64,000 bases of DNA from Clostridia bacterium (GTDB lineage: Bacteria > Bacillota > Clostridia > Christensenellales > CAG-138), in the NCBI GenBank assembly GCA_017524445.1, contig JAFXVP010000070.1:30760-94759 (forward strand). Direction: 5' to 3'. The translations under genes and the position numbers were made by a program. This document shows, piece by piece, positions 48,439-55,980 of the stretch (position 1 is the first letter of the stretch; each line of letters starts with the position of its first letter). The notes below the pieces were generated by a model. The model was not told the DNA's origin and did not search any database. It saw only the letters and a program-made list of their open reading frames with translations.

Positions 48439-48462
48439 GTGATATATTCTGTTTAAGCGGAA

Positions 48463-48660
48463 CAAGGAGGCTCCCTTGTGTAAAGGGAGCTGGCGCCGAA
48501 GGCGACTGAGGAATTGTGATCCAGACAATCCTCCCTTCTCGCTGCGCGATCCACCCTCCTTTACACAAGGAGGGCTCCCCTGACTTCGCAGAGCCGCAGG
48601 GGGCGACGTCTTCGGCGCCCCGCATAAAGTCGCAGGAGGCGACGTCCTCGACGCCCCGAA
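48463..48660. repeat. Mosaic of REP-like palindromic modules
   Basis: The module gctcccttgtgtaaagggagc (48470-48490) recurs inverted as ccctcctttacacaaggaggg (48554-48574). There is a 27-nt direct repeat of gcagg(g/a)ggcgacgtc(t/c)tcg(g/a)cgccccg at 48595 and 48631, and a partial inverted copy ggcgccgaaggcgac at about 48492. Confidence 0.8.
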
Positions 48661-48680
48661 CAAAACGAAAGGAGCACCCT

Positions 48681-49169
48681 ATGGAGCATCAAATCGGACC
48701 CGACATGTGCGTTCCCTGCGGGGACGGACTGGTAAACATCCGTGTCGGCGCGATCATCATCAAAGGCGGCAAAGCGCTGATGGTAAAGAGCGTATTCGGC
48801 GATTACTGCTATTCGGTCGGCGGGCGGATCAAGTTCGGCGAGACGGCAGAGCAGGCCGTCGCGCGCGAGGCATTTGAAGAGACGGGATGTACGCTTTCGG
48901 TCGATCGCCTCGGCTACGTCAGCGAGGTCTATTTTTACAACGACAATCCGAAGCAATTCGGCAAGCCGGTCTATGAGCTTGCGCTCTATTTCTATATGAA
49001 CGTGCCGGAGGACTTTGCACTTGCGTCCGATCACATCGGCGACGGCGCTGAAAAGTTCCGTTGGGTCGCGCCAGACGCGCCGGAAACGCTGTATCCGAAT
49101 TTCATCCGTGAGGCGATCGCTTCCCCGAAGCCCTATGTCATCTTCGACACCCGCGACGACCGCAAATAA
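48681..49169 (+). CDS. NUDIX hydrolase
   Basis: Nudix box GGRIKFGETAEQAVAREAFEETG. AAAGGAG RBS upstream of ATG 48681. The upstream part of ORF 48516.. only translates REP repeats. Confidence 0.88.
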   Translation: MEHQIGPDMCVPCGDGLVNIRVGAIIIKGGKALMVKSVFGDYCYSVGGRIKFGETAEQAVAREAFEETGCTLSVDRLGYVSEVYFYNDNPKQFGKPVYELALYFYMNVPEDFALASDHIGDGAEKFRWVAPDAPETLYPNFIREAIASPKPYVIFDTRDDRK

Positions 49170-49194
49170 AAGAATCATATTCATTTTCAGGACT

Positions 49195-49220
49195 GCCATC
49201 CCGCACAGGATGGCTTTTTT
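49195..49220 (+). terminator. Rho-independent terminator
   Basis: gccatcc-cgcaca-ggatggc followed by tttttt. Confidence 0.8.
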
Positions 49221-49282
49221 GTCGGAAAGATGCGGAATTTCTGTTAATAAACTGTGAAATCCGGACCGGTCAACGCGGGATC

Positions 49283-49291
49283 TGTTATAAT
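49283..49291 (+). promoter_or_regulatory. Extended -10 element (TGtTATAAT) upstream of the LRR/dockerin gene
   Basis: atctgttataat, identical to the 12-mer at 8007-8018. About 120 nt of leader follows. Confidence 0.4.
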
Positions 49292-49412
49292 TTATAAAAA
49301 ATATGGATAAAACATGACACATTTTTACTCGCATATACGTCTATATGGTATAGGGAACAGAAATGCACGGATGGGTTCCCCCTCGGCGAAGAAAAGAGAA
49401 CGGAGGTCACGT

Positions 49413-50969
49413 ATGAAACGAAATCTGAAGATACCGGTCGCATTGCTTCTTTGCATCGCTATGCTGATTGTGCTGCTGCCGGTCGCGGCGGGGGAGGAAG
49501 GCGGGCTTTCGGGAGAATACGTTGCCAAAAACTCTGCCGGTGAGGTGTTGGTGCGCGTCGGCTGGGAGATCAGTGCCGACGGAAAGGAGCTGACTCTTAC
49601 GCAGCTGTATCTTGCGCCTGTTATGGACTTAGGAAGCTGCTATGCGGCAGAGATCGCAATCGAGATCGCGCGCTTGACCAACAAAATGGCAAAAGAGGTT
49701 GAGGACGGCGTGGAATCGCTGAAGCTTGTCGGCTTTGCGGCCGCGGGATCCGATCTGTATGTGCTTGACAATCTTCACAGGATCGACTTCGGATCGGTGC
49801 AGGAGATCTCGAACTGGGCGTTCAACGGGCTGCCGATCGAGGAGCTTACGATCCCCGGAACCGTCAAAACGCTCGGCTCGTTCGGTGCGTGCACGGCGCT
49901 TCGCTCCGTTATCATCGAAGAGGGCGTCGAGCAGATCTCGTTCGGCGCGTTCAAGGACTGCGAAAACCTGACCGAGGTTACGATCCCGCATTCCGTGAAG
50001 CGCATCGGACTGAACGCGTTTCAAAACACACCGTGGCTTGAGAACCAGACGGACGAATTCGTCACCGTCGGCGACGGCGTGCTGATCCGTTATAACGGCA
50101 TGGGCAAGACGGAGCTCACGATCCCGGCGGGAATCAAAGCGGTCTGCTGCACGCTCGGCTTTACGCACGAATTCCAACGCCTCGGAAACGACTCCGACGA
50201 CAGCGCGAACATGACAAATCCCGATCTCGAAACGGTCGTGTTCGGTCCGGACGTAAAGGAAATCTACGGCGCGTGCTATGGGCTCAGAAAGCTTCATTCC
50301 GTCGTGCTGCCGGAAGGCGTGGAATCCATCGGGGAATACAGCTTCTTCCAGTGCGATTCGCTCAAGGAGATCACTCTTCCGGAAAGTCTCAGGTATCTTT
50401 TCTGGAAGCAGACGTTCGGCACGTTCCGAACCGATCCGGAGGGATTTGCCGGTGAATTATATGAAGAAAACATGGTCAGTTCCGGTTATCCGTACGGGAC
50501 GACGCCGACGGTGACGTTTCTCAGCGCGCCGCCGACCGTACATCCGGACGAACAGCTCTACGAGGATTTGAACGTGATGTGGGACGGCGACGGGCAATCG
50601 CTGACGGAGCTTGCCTGCGATCTGTCGCCCGGTGTGATCTGGCATCTTCGGTACAGCATGAAATATGCCGAGGATTGGGAGGCCTTCGATCCCGGCGAGC
50701 ACTGGGAGTATTATATGGTATGGATTCCCAGAGATATCCCGTTTGCACAGCAATACGATGCGCAGCCGTTTTATCGGAAGGGCGACGCGAATCTGAACGG
50801 AGAGGTTACGTCGGCGGACGCGGCGCTGATTCTGCGTTATCTGATCGGTATTGAATCATTGTCAGACATGGCGAAGACGCTTGCGGACGTGAATGGCGAC
50901 GGCAGGATCACGGCTGCGGACGCGGCGCTGATCCTGCGCTGCATCATCGGATTGATCCCTGCGTTTTGA
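49413..50969 (+). CDS. Secreted leucine-rich-repeat (BspA-like) protein with a C-terminal type I dockerin
   Basis: Signal peptide. Repeated ...LTIPxxVKxIGxxAFxxCxxL... units. Duplicated dockerin Ca-binding segments (GDANLNGEVTSADAALILRYLIG and DVNGDGRITAADAALILRCIIG). Confidence 0.85.
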   Translation: MKRNLKIPVALLLCIAMLIVLLPVAAGEEGGLSGEYVAKNSAGEVLVRVGWEISADGKELTLTQLYLAPVMDLGSCYAAEIAIEIARLTNKMAKEVEDGVESLKLVGFAAAGSDLYVLDNLHRIDFGSVQEISNWAFNGLPIEELTIPGTVKTLGSFGACTALRSVIIEEGVEQISFGAFKDCENLTEVTIPHSVKRIGLNAFQNTPWLENQTDEFVTVGDGVLIRYNGMGKTELTIPAGIKAVCCTLGFTHEFQRLGNDSDDSANMTNPDLETVVFGPDVKEIYGACYGLRKLHSVVLPEGVESIGEYSFFQCDSLKEITLPESLRYLFWKQTFGTFRTDPEGFAGELYEENMVSSGYPYGTTPTVTFLSAPPTVHPDEQLYEDLNVMWDGDGQSLTELACDLSPGVIWHLRYSMKYAEDWEAFDPGEHWEYYMVWIPRDIPFAQQYDAQPFYRKGDANLNGEVTSADAALILRYLIGIESLSDMAKTLADVNGDGRITAADAALILRCIIGLIPAF

Positions 50970-50990
50970 CGAGAATTGCACAGCTTTTAG

Positions 50991-51016
50991 AAAACTCCCT
51001 GCATGGGGAGTTTTTT
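50991..51016 (+). terminator. Rho-independent terminator
   Basis: aactccc-tgcatg-gggagtt followed by a T-run. It resembles the terminator at 55879. Confidence 0.75.
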
Positions 51017-51021
51017 CTTGT

Positions 51022-51126
51022 TTCATTCGCGAAGCGATCAGGGACCCGAAGTCCTTTGTCATCTTCGACGCCCGCGACGACCGGAGACTCCGACAGTTCG
51101 ATGCGGTTGACGTTGACAAAACCTGA
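51022..51126 (+). pseudogene. Relic 3' end of a second NUDIX hydrolase gene (last ~20 codons plus a read-on tail)
   Basis: By hand alignment, 51021-51083 matches 49093-49155 at 52 of 63 positions. It translates to FIREAIRDPKSFVIFDARDDR, against FIREAIASPKPYVIFDTRDDR at the end of the intact NUDIX gene. Confidence 0.75.
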
Positions 51127-51141
51127 CAGATACAATATAAT
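51113..51141 (+). promoter_or_regulatory. Consensus sigma-A promoter, TTGACA-17 nt-TATAAT
   Basis: ttgaca at 51113-51118, tataat at 51136-51141, 17-nt spacer, 37 nt upstream of the zinc-ribbon gene. Confidence 0.7.
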
Positions 51142-51177
51142 TCTTATGTATCTTTGGAGATAAGGAAGGAGCATGAT

Positions 51178-52794
51178 ATGAAGTATTGCAGCGCATGCGG
51201 CTTTGAAATGCCGGATGACAGTACATTTTGCCCGAATTGCGGTGTGCGTCAGACGGAACGTAAGGAAACGATTCAGGACAACGAGGGGACCTTGTCCGAC
51301 AGCAACTATGCGGCGGAGAGCGTGGTAAGCGACGTGACGGAGGAGCCGAAAACTCCTGAAAAGAAATTCAAGATCCCGAAGTGGGCATATATCGCCTGCG
51401 GCGCCGTCGCAGCGATCGCCCTGCTCCTCGTTCTTGTTTTCACAGGCGTTTTTTCGGGTTTGCTTCCGCATTCCAAGCTGAAACTGAAGTATGCAGAGAG
51501 CAGCCTTCTGAAGAAATTCACGGACACAGTGTGTTCTGAAGTCGACAACGTCAAAGACATCGACATGGCGTATGAACTCACCATGAACGCGGTCAAGCCG
51601 AGCTCCGGACGCGACTCCGGAGAAACGGCGGAAATGCTGAACAAGCTGACGGTTTCCGGCGGCGTCGAATTGAATAACAACAGCCAAAAAGCCAGTGTGG
51701 TCGCCGAATACAAGAGAAACGAGCTGATTGATCTTCGGTATTTCCTGGAAAAGGATAAGCTCAGCCTTTACCTCTCGCCGATTTCCGACGAGCTTTACAC
51801 CTGCAGCATCACTGAATTGCTCAAGAAAGTGTCCGAAGACGGAGATTTCGATCTCGGGAATGACTTTGATGAGCTGAAGAATGAAAAACAGACCAAGAAA
51901 GACCTGGAAAAGCTCAAAAAGATCGTTTTCAAACACGTGTTTGATTCCGACATCAAGATCACCAAGGGCAAGACGGTCCGCCTGTTCGACGGAGAGGAAA
52001 CGGTAAAGGGCGCGGCCGTGTATCAGATCTCTTTGTCCGAGAAGGAGTGGAAAGCGCTGCTGAATGATCTGGTCGACTGCATTGACGATAAGGACAGCTA
52101 CATATACAGCGCGATCGACGTTTTCGTGCAGAGAATGAAGCAGTCTTATTCCTACATGAACTATGAAGACGCGAGCGACGTCATTGAAGAACTGCGCGAT
52201 AATATCCCGGAATATGCGGAAAAGATCGCCGATCTGGGCGTCAAGCTTGAGGTTGCCATGAAGGGCAATCAGATCATTTCCCAGCGCCTGTACAATGATG
52301 AAGGCGATCTGTGCTATGAAGCGATGCGGTCGGGCAACGACCTGCATTTCGACGTGATGGTGAACGACAACGTCGTTTTTGATTTCCAGGGTACGAAGGA
52401 CGGACGTCATACGGAATTTGATGCAAATGTGTATATCGACGGAGATAAGATCCGCATTACCGGTTCGGATATCAATCTGAACAAGCGGTCTCAGCTTGGC
52501 ATCCCGCAGGGCGAATACGTGCTGAATTACGACGAATACAAGGTCATGCTGAATGTGGAGTCGGAAGGCAAGGGCGTTATGCATGAATTGCGCATCCGGT
52601 TTGACAAGAACGACCGTTACCGTTCGTTTGACAGCCTGACGATCTCGCTGTATACTGAAAGAGGCGCATCGATCAGCAAGCCGAAAGGAGCCGAAGTCGT
52701 GGATCTGAACGATTACACGATGGAAGAGCTTCAGGAGCTGGTGAGCGATCTGCAGATGCAATTCTACCAGAATGTGCTGAAGAAACTGAATTAA
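51178..52794 (+). CDS. Zinc-ribbon membrane protein with a large extracytoplasmic domain of unknown function
   Basis: MKYCSACGFEMPDDSTFCPNCG zinc ribbon, one TM (WAYIACGAVAAIALLLVLVFTGVF) and about 450 aa of K/D/E/N-rich domain. AAGGAAGGAG RBS. G+C is visibly lower than the neighbours. Confidence 0.75.
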   Translation: MKYCSACGFEMPDDSTFCPNCGVRQTERKETIQDNEGTLSDSNYAAESVVSDVTEEPKTPEKKFKIPKWAYIACGAVAAIALLLVLVFTGVFSGLLPHSKLKLKYAESSLLKKFTDTVCSEVDNVKDIDMAYELTMNAVKPSSGRDSGETAEMLNKLTVSGGVELNNNSQKASVVAEYKRNELIDLRYFLEKDKLSLYLSPISDELYTCSITELLKKVSEDGDFDLGNDFDELKNEKQTKKDLEKLKKIVFKHVFDSDIKITKGKTVRLFDGEETVKGAAVYQISLSEKEWKALLNDLVDCIDDKDSYIYSAIDVFVQRMKQSYSYMNYEDASDVIEELRDNIPEYAEKIADLGVKLEVAMKGNQIISQRLYNDEGDLCYEAMRSGNDLHFDVMVNDNVVFDFQGTKDGRHTEFDANVYIDGDKIRITGSDINLNKRSQLGIPQGEYVLNYDEYKVMLNVESEGKGVMHELRIRFDKNDRYRSFDSLTISLYTERGASISKPKGAEVVDLNDYTMEELQELVSDLQMQFYQNVLKKLN

Positions 52795-52808
52795 CGGCAA
52801 AAATATCG

Positions 52809-52846
52809 GCAACCCGCGATTTGGCGGGTTGCTGTCCTTTTTTCGT
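52809..52846 (+). terminator. Rho-independent terminator
   Basis: gcaacccgc-gatttg-gcgggttgc followed by tgtcctttttt. Confidence 0.8.
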
Positions 52847-53512
52847 ATGAACGATGCTATTCTGACATTGGAACATATTTCGGTATCCTTTGAAAAGGGA
52901 AAACCGGTGCTGAACGACCTCTCGCTGTCTGTTTTCGGCGGGCGGATCCTCGGCATTCGCGGAGAGAACGGAGCGGGGAAATCTACGCTGCTTCGCGTAA
53001 TGGCAGGCATTCAGCGCGTGAACGCCGGACAGCGCAGGATCGCGGCGGACGCTGCGAAAAACATTGCCTATGTTCCGCAGGAGATCGCGCTGTATCCATC
53101 GCTGACCGGAAGGCAGAATCTTGACTTCTGGGCAGAGATCTACGGTTTGCACGGCGCGAAGAAAGCTGCGCGCATCCGAGAGCTGCTGCGCACTATGGAT
53201 CTGGAAGAAAAAGCGAACAAGCGCGTGGAAACATATTCAGGCGGCATGAAACGCAGGCTGAACCTTGCCTGCGCGTTGGTCGCGTCTCCGAAGCTGCTGC
53301 TTCTGGATGAGCCGACTGTCGGCGCGGACGTACGTTCTGTCCGCACGATGCAGAGGATCATACTCGATACCGCCGCCGGCGGATCGGGCGTTGTGCTGGT
53401 CAGTCACCGGGCAGGGGAGATCGAGCAGCTCTGCGATCGCGTCCTGACGCTTGAGAACGGGCGCTTTGCCGAAACGTGTGCATTTCAGCAGGAGACGGAA
53501 AGCAACCCATGA
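52847..53512 (+). CDS. ABC transporter ATP-binding protein (ABC-2 / DrrA-like exporter type)
   Basis: GENGAGKST Walker A, YSGGMKRRLNLA signature, LLLLDEPT Walker B. The ATG directly follows the terminator T-run and no SD is seen. Confidence 0.88.
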   Translation: MNDAILTLEHISVSFEKGKPVLNDLSLSVFGGRILGIRGENGAGKSTLLRVMAGIQRVNAGQRRIAADAAKNIAYVPQEIALYPSLTGRQNLDFWAEIYGLHGAKKAARIRELLRTMDLEEKANKRVETYSGGMKRRLNLACALVASPKLLLLDEPTVGADVRSVRTMQRIILDTAAGGSGVVLVSHRAGEIEQLCDRVLTLENGRFAETCAFQQETESNP

Positions 53513-54687
53513 AACTCTTCGCCTGTATCAAAAAAGATATACGGCTGGTGTTCGGAAAAGGATGGAAAAGCATTTTGCTTTTGGTCGTTCCGCTTGTTTT
53601 GCTGCTTGTCATGACGCTGTTCATGGGACAAATGGCGAATGCCGGTGCAGTTACCGAACCGTTCGCGATCGCCGTTCGGGACGAGGACGATACGATCATG
53701 TCAAAAATGCTGATACAGCAGCTGCGTGCCGTTCAGCTGTTCGACAGCGTTCGCTCGGTCAGGGACGCGGCGGATGAAGAGATCCTGTCTGATGGCTGCG
53801 CTGCGGTGATCACGATCCCGAAGGATTTCTTTTATGATCTGTACGAAATGCAGGATACCGAGGTCGTCATTACGCTGAACGGTACTATGCCGAGGGAATC
53901 CGCGATCGTGAAATCGGCAATCGGCGCGCTTGCGGGAATACTGGAACAGAACCAGCGCGTATACTATGCGGCGGCGCGTATCCGATACGGCGAACTGCAT
54001 TCGCGGGAAATGAACGAGGTCTACTACAGGTATTCGGAGGCATCGGTGAACGATGCGCTGAACCGCCTCGATTATTTCTCGATCGGATCGCTGTACGAGG
54101 GCGAACTGCAGTCGCGCACGGTGTTTTTTGCTGCCGGGATCTGTTCCGTGCTGTTGCTGTTCGTACCGCTTTGCGTCCTGCGCTGCCTGCAGGAGGAGCG
54201 GGAAATGGGCCTAAGCGAACGGTTTGCTTCCGCGGGAAGCAGTCCGTCCCTGCTGCTGATTGCCAAGTATTTCGCTGCGCTGATCCTGATCGCGTTTTCG
54301 GCTGCGGTCCTTTTGATCGCGACCCGGTTCCCGCACATCCTGAAGCTGATCCCTCCGCTGCTTTGTCTGATCACGGCGTCGTTCCTTCTGTTTTATCTGA
54401 TCGGTGTGCTTTGCGGCTCGACGGAACGCTCACAACTGATCGGCAGCGTAACGCTGCTCATCATGCTGCTGCTCGGCGGCGCGCTCTTCCCGTACCGGCT
54501 GCTGCCGGAAAAGCTGCAGTTTGCGGCGGCGGCAACGATCCCGTATTACGTGGAGCGTGTATTTTATGCCGTTTCGCTGGATCGAAGCATGCCTGAAATC
54601 GCGCGGATCCTGCTGCCCGTTCTGATGGCGATCCCGTTCATGCTCGCGGCTGCGGTGCTGCTGCACAGAATTCGGAGGCGCGTATGA
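53509..54687 (+). CDS. ABC-2 type transporter permease
   Basis: N-terminal TM, an extracytoplasmic loop, then a cluster of 5 TMs; overlaps the ATPase stop. Confidence 0.8.
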   Translation: MKLFACIKKDIRLVFGKGWKSILLLVVPLVLLLVMTLFMGQMANAGAVTEPFAIAVRDEDDTIMSKMLIQQLRAVQLFDSVRSVRDAADEEILSDGCAAVITIPKDFFYDLYEMQDTEVVITLNGTMPRESAIVKSAIGALAGILEQNQRVYYAAARIRYGELHSREMNEVYYRYSEASVNDALNRLDYFSIGSLYEGELQSRTVFFAAGICSVLLLFVPLCVLRCLQEEREMGLSERFASAGSSPSLLLIAKYFAALILIAFSAAVLLIATRFPHILKLIPPLLCLITASFLLFYLIGVLCGSTERSQLIGSVTLLIMLLLGGALFPYRLLPEKLQFAAAATIPYYVERVFYAVSLDRSMPEIARILLPVLMAIPFMLAAAVLLHRIRRRV

Positions 54688-55796
54688 TCCGATCCGTATT
54701 GCGCAGTGCGCTGCATAAGCTTTTCGCCGCATTCGGGAGCGTGTGGACGGTCCTGCCGGTTTGCTGCCTGATTTCGATCTGCTTTGCGGTAACGGCCGTA
54801 TTTCTGCACGCAAAAACACCGCAAAAGGTGACCGTCGCGTTGGTGAACGAAAGCGGCGGCATGTATTCCGAACAGCTGTGCGTCGATCTTTTGTCCGAAG
54901 AGACGCTGGATGTGCGGCAGTATGCTTCGGCCCGGGACGCGGAAGACGCGTTGCTTTCCGGACAATGCGAGGTCGCACTGACGATCTCCGCGGACTATGA
55001 TGCGCGGATCCTTTCGGAGGACGCCGCGATGCTGATCACGATCACGGAAGCGCCGGACGCGGTCTCAGGCGATTTGCTGCGGGAAACGGTTGCCGGCAAG
55101 CTGATCGCGGCGCGCAACGCGGCGCGTATGGAGCAGACGCTGAACGAAGAAGGTTATGACGGCTCGCTGCTGTATGCCTACGCAGCGGAGCTTCCGCGCG
55201 TAAAGGTGTATACGGTCCGAACGGTCGGAACCGCGGAAACGGAGGAACGCGCCGTGTTCGGACGCGGCTATGCCTGCTATGAGGGCGTCGTCGCGATTGC
55301 GATCTTTCTGCTGCTGTTTCTGCTGTCCGTCCGTCTCTCAAGCCCATATGCGAGGCAGGTTTGTTCGCGGCTGTGCGTTTGTCCGCACGGAAGAGCGATC
55401 GCCTTTTTCGGCGACGCGATCGCGTTGCTGCTGGGCGGAGCGCTTCTGATCCTTCCGGCAGTTCTGCTGTCGCCCGATCGGTCTTTGCTTCTGATCGGTT
55501 CGCTGCTTTGCTATACAGTGTGTGTCTGCGGACTGTGTCTGTTCCTGTCGCAGTTTTCCGTGTCCGGACGCCTCGATCTTCTGGGCCCGCTCGTGACGCT
55601 TGTCACCTCGATCGCAGGCGGCTGCTTTACCGATCTGTCTTCGCTCGGCGGCGCATTCAGGATCGTGTCTTTGCTGACGCCGCAGGGGCAGATGATCGCG
55701 GCACTGCGCGGCGCGCCGCAGTTTGATCTGCTGCTGCTTGCGGAAGGCGCATTGCTGCTGCTCTGCTCTGCATGGAAAAAACGAAGGACGATCTGA
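54684..55796 (+). CDS. ABC-2 type transporter permease (second subunit)
   Basis: Same topology as the preceding gene, 4-nt overlap. Confidence 0.8.
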   Translation: MIRSVLRSALHKLFAAFGSVWTVLPVCCLISICFAVTAVFLHAKTPQKVTVALVNESGGMYSEQLCVDLLSEETLDVRQYASARDAEDALLSGQCEVALTISADYDARILSEDAAMLITITEAPDAVSGDLLRETVAGKLIAARNAARMEQTLNEEGYDGSLLYAYAAELPRVKVYTVRTVGTAETEERAVFGRGYACYEGVVAIAIFLLLFLLSVRLSSPYARQVCSRLCVCPHGRAIAFFGDAIALLLGGALLILPAVLLSPDRSLLLIGSLLCYTVCVCGLCLFLSQFSVSGRLDLLGPLVTLVTSIAGGCFTDLSSLGGAFRIVSLLTPQGQMIAALRGAPQFDLLLLAEGALLLLCSAWKKRRTI

Positions 55797-55878
55797 CAGG
55801 AATCAAGGCGGATGAAAGCGCATATGCGGAAGACATAACCCCGGCAGATGACGAGGATGTATTACCACAGGCACATAT

Positions 55879-55901
55879 AACTCCCCGGCGGGGAGTTTTT
55901 T
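55879..55901 (+). terminator. Rho-independent terminator
   Basis: aactcccc-ggc-ggggagtt followed by ttttt. Confidence 0.8.
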
Positions 55902-55902
55902 C

Positions 55903-55931
55903 TTGCAATGCGGCGGGCTTTGGGGTATAAT
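55903..55931 (+). promoter_or_regulatory. Promoter, TTGCAA-17 nt-TATAAT, for plsX
   Basis: ttgcaa at 55903-55908, tataat at 55926-55931. The layout is very similar to the surE promoter at 2172-2200. Confidence 0.6.
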
Positions 55932-55980
55932 AACGCAAATAAAGCGGTCCTATGGATCGTAGAGTATGAGCGAGGGGCAT

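Noticed and set aside
48516-48680. N-terminal extension of the NUDIX ORF (MIQTILPSRCAIHPPLHKEGSPDFAEPQGATSS...), plus ORFs 48301..48663(-), 48344..48625(-) and 48303..48509(+)
   Set aside because: These are translations of the REP-like palindromes, as shown by the mirrored peptides on both strands. The real NUDIX start at 48681 has a good RBS.
49292-49412. The ~120-nt leader of the LRR-dockerin gene as a possible riboswitch (for example c-di-GMP)
   Set aside because: I could not find the conserved cores of any riboswitch class I know by eye. A covariance-model scan would be needed to decide.
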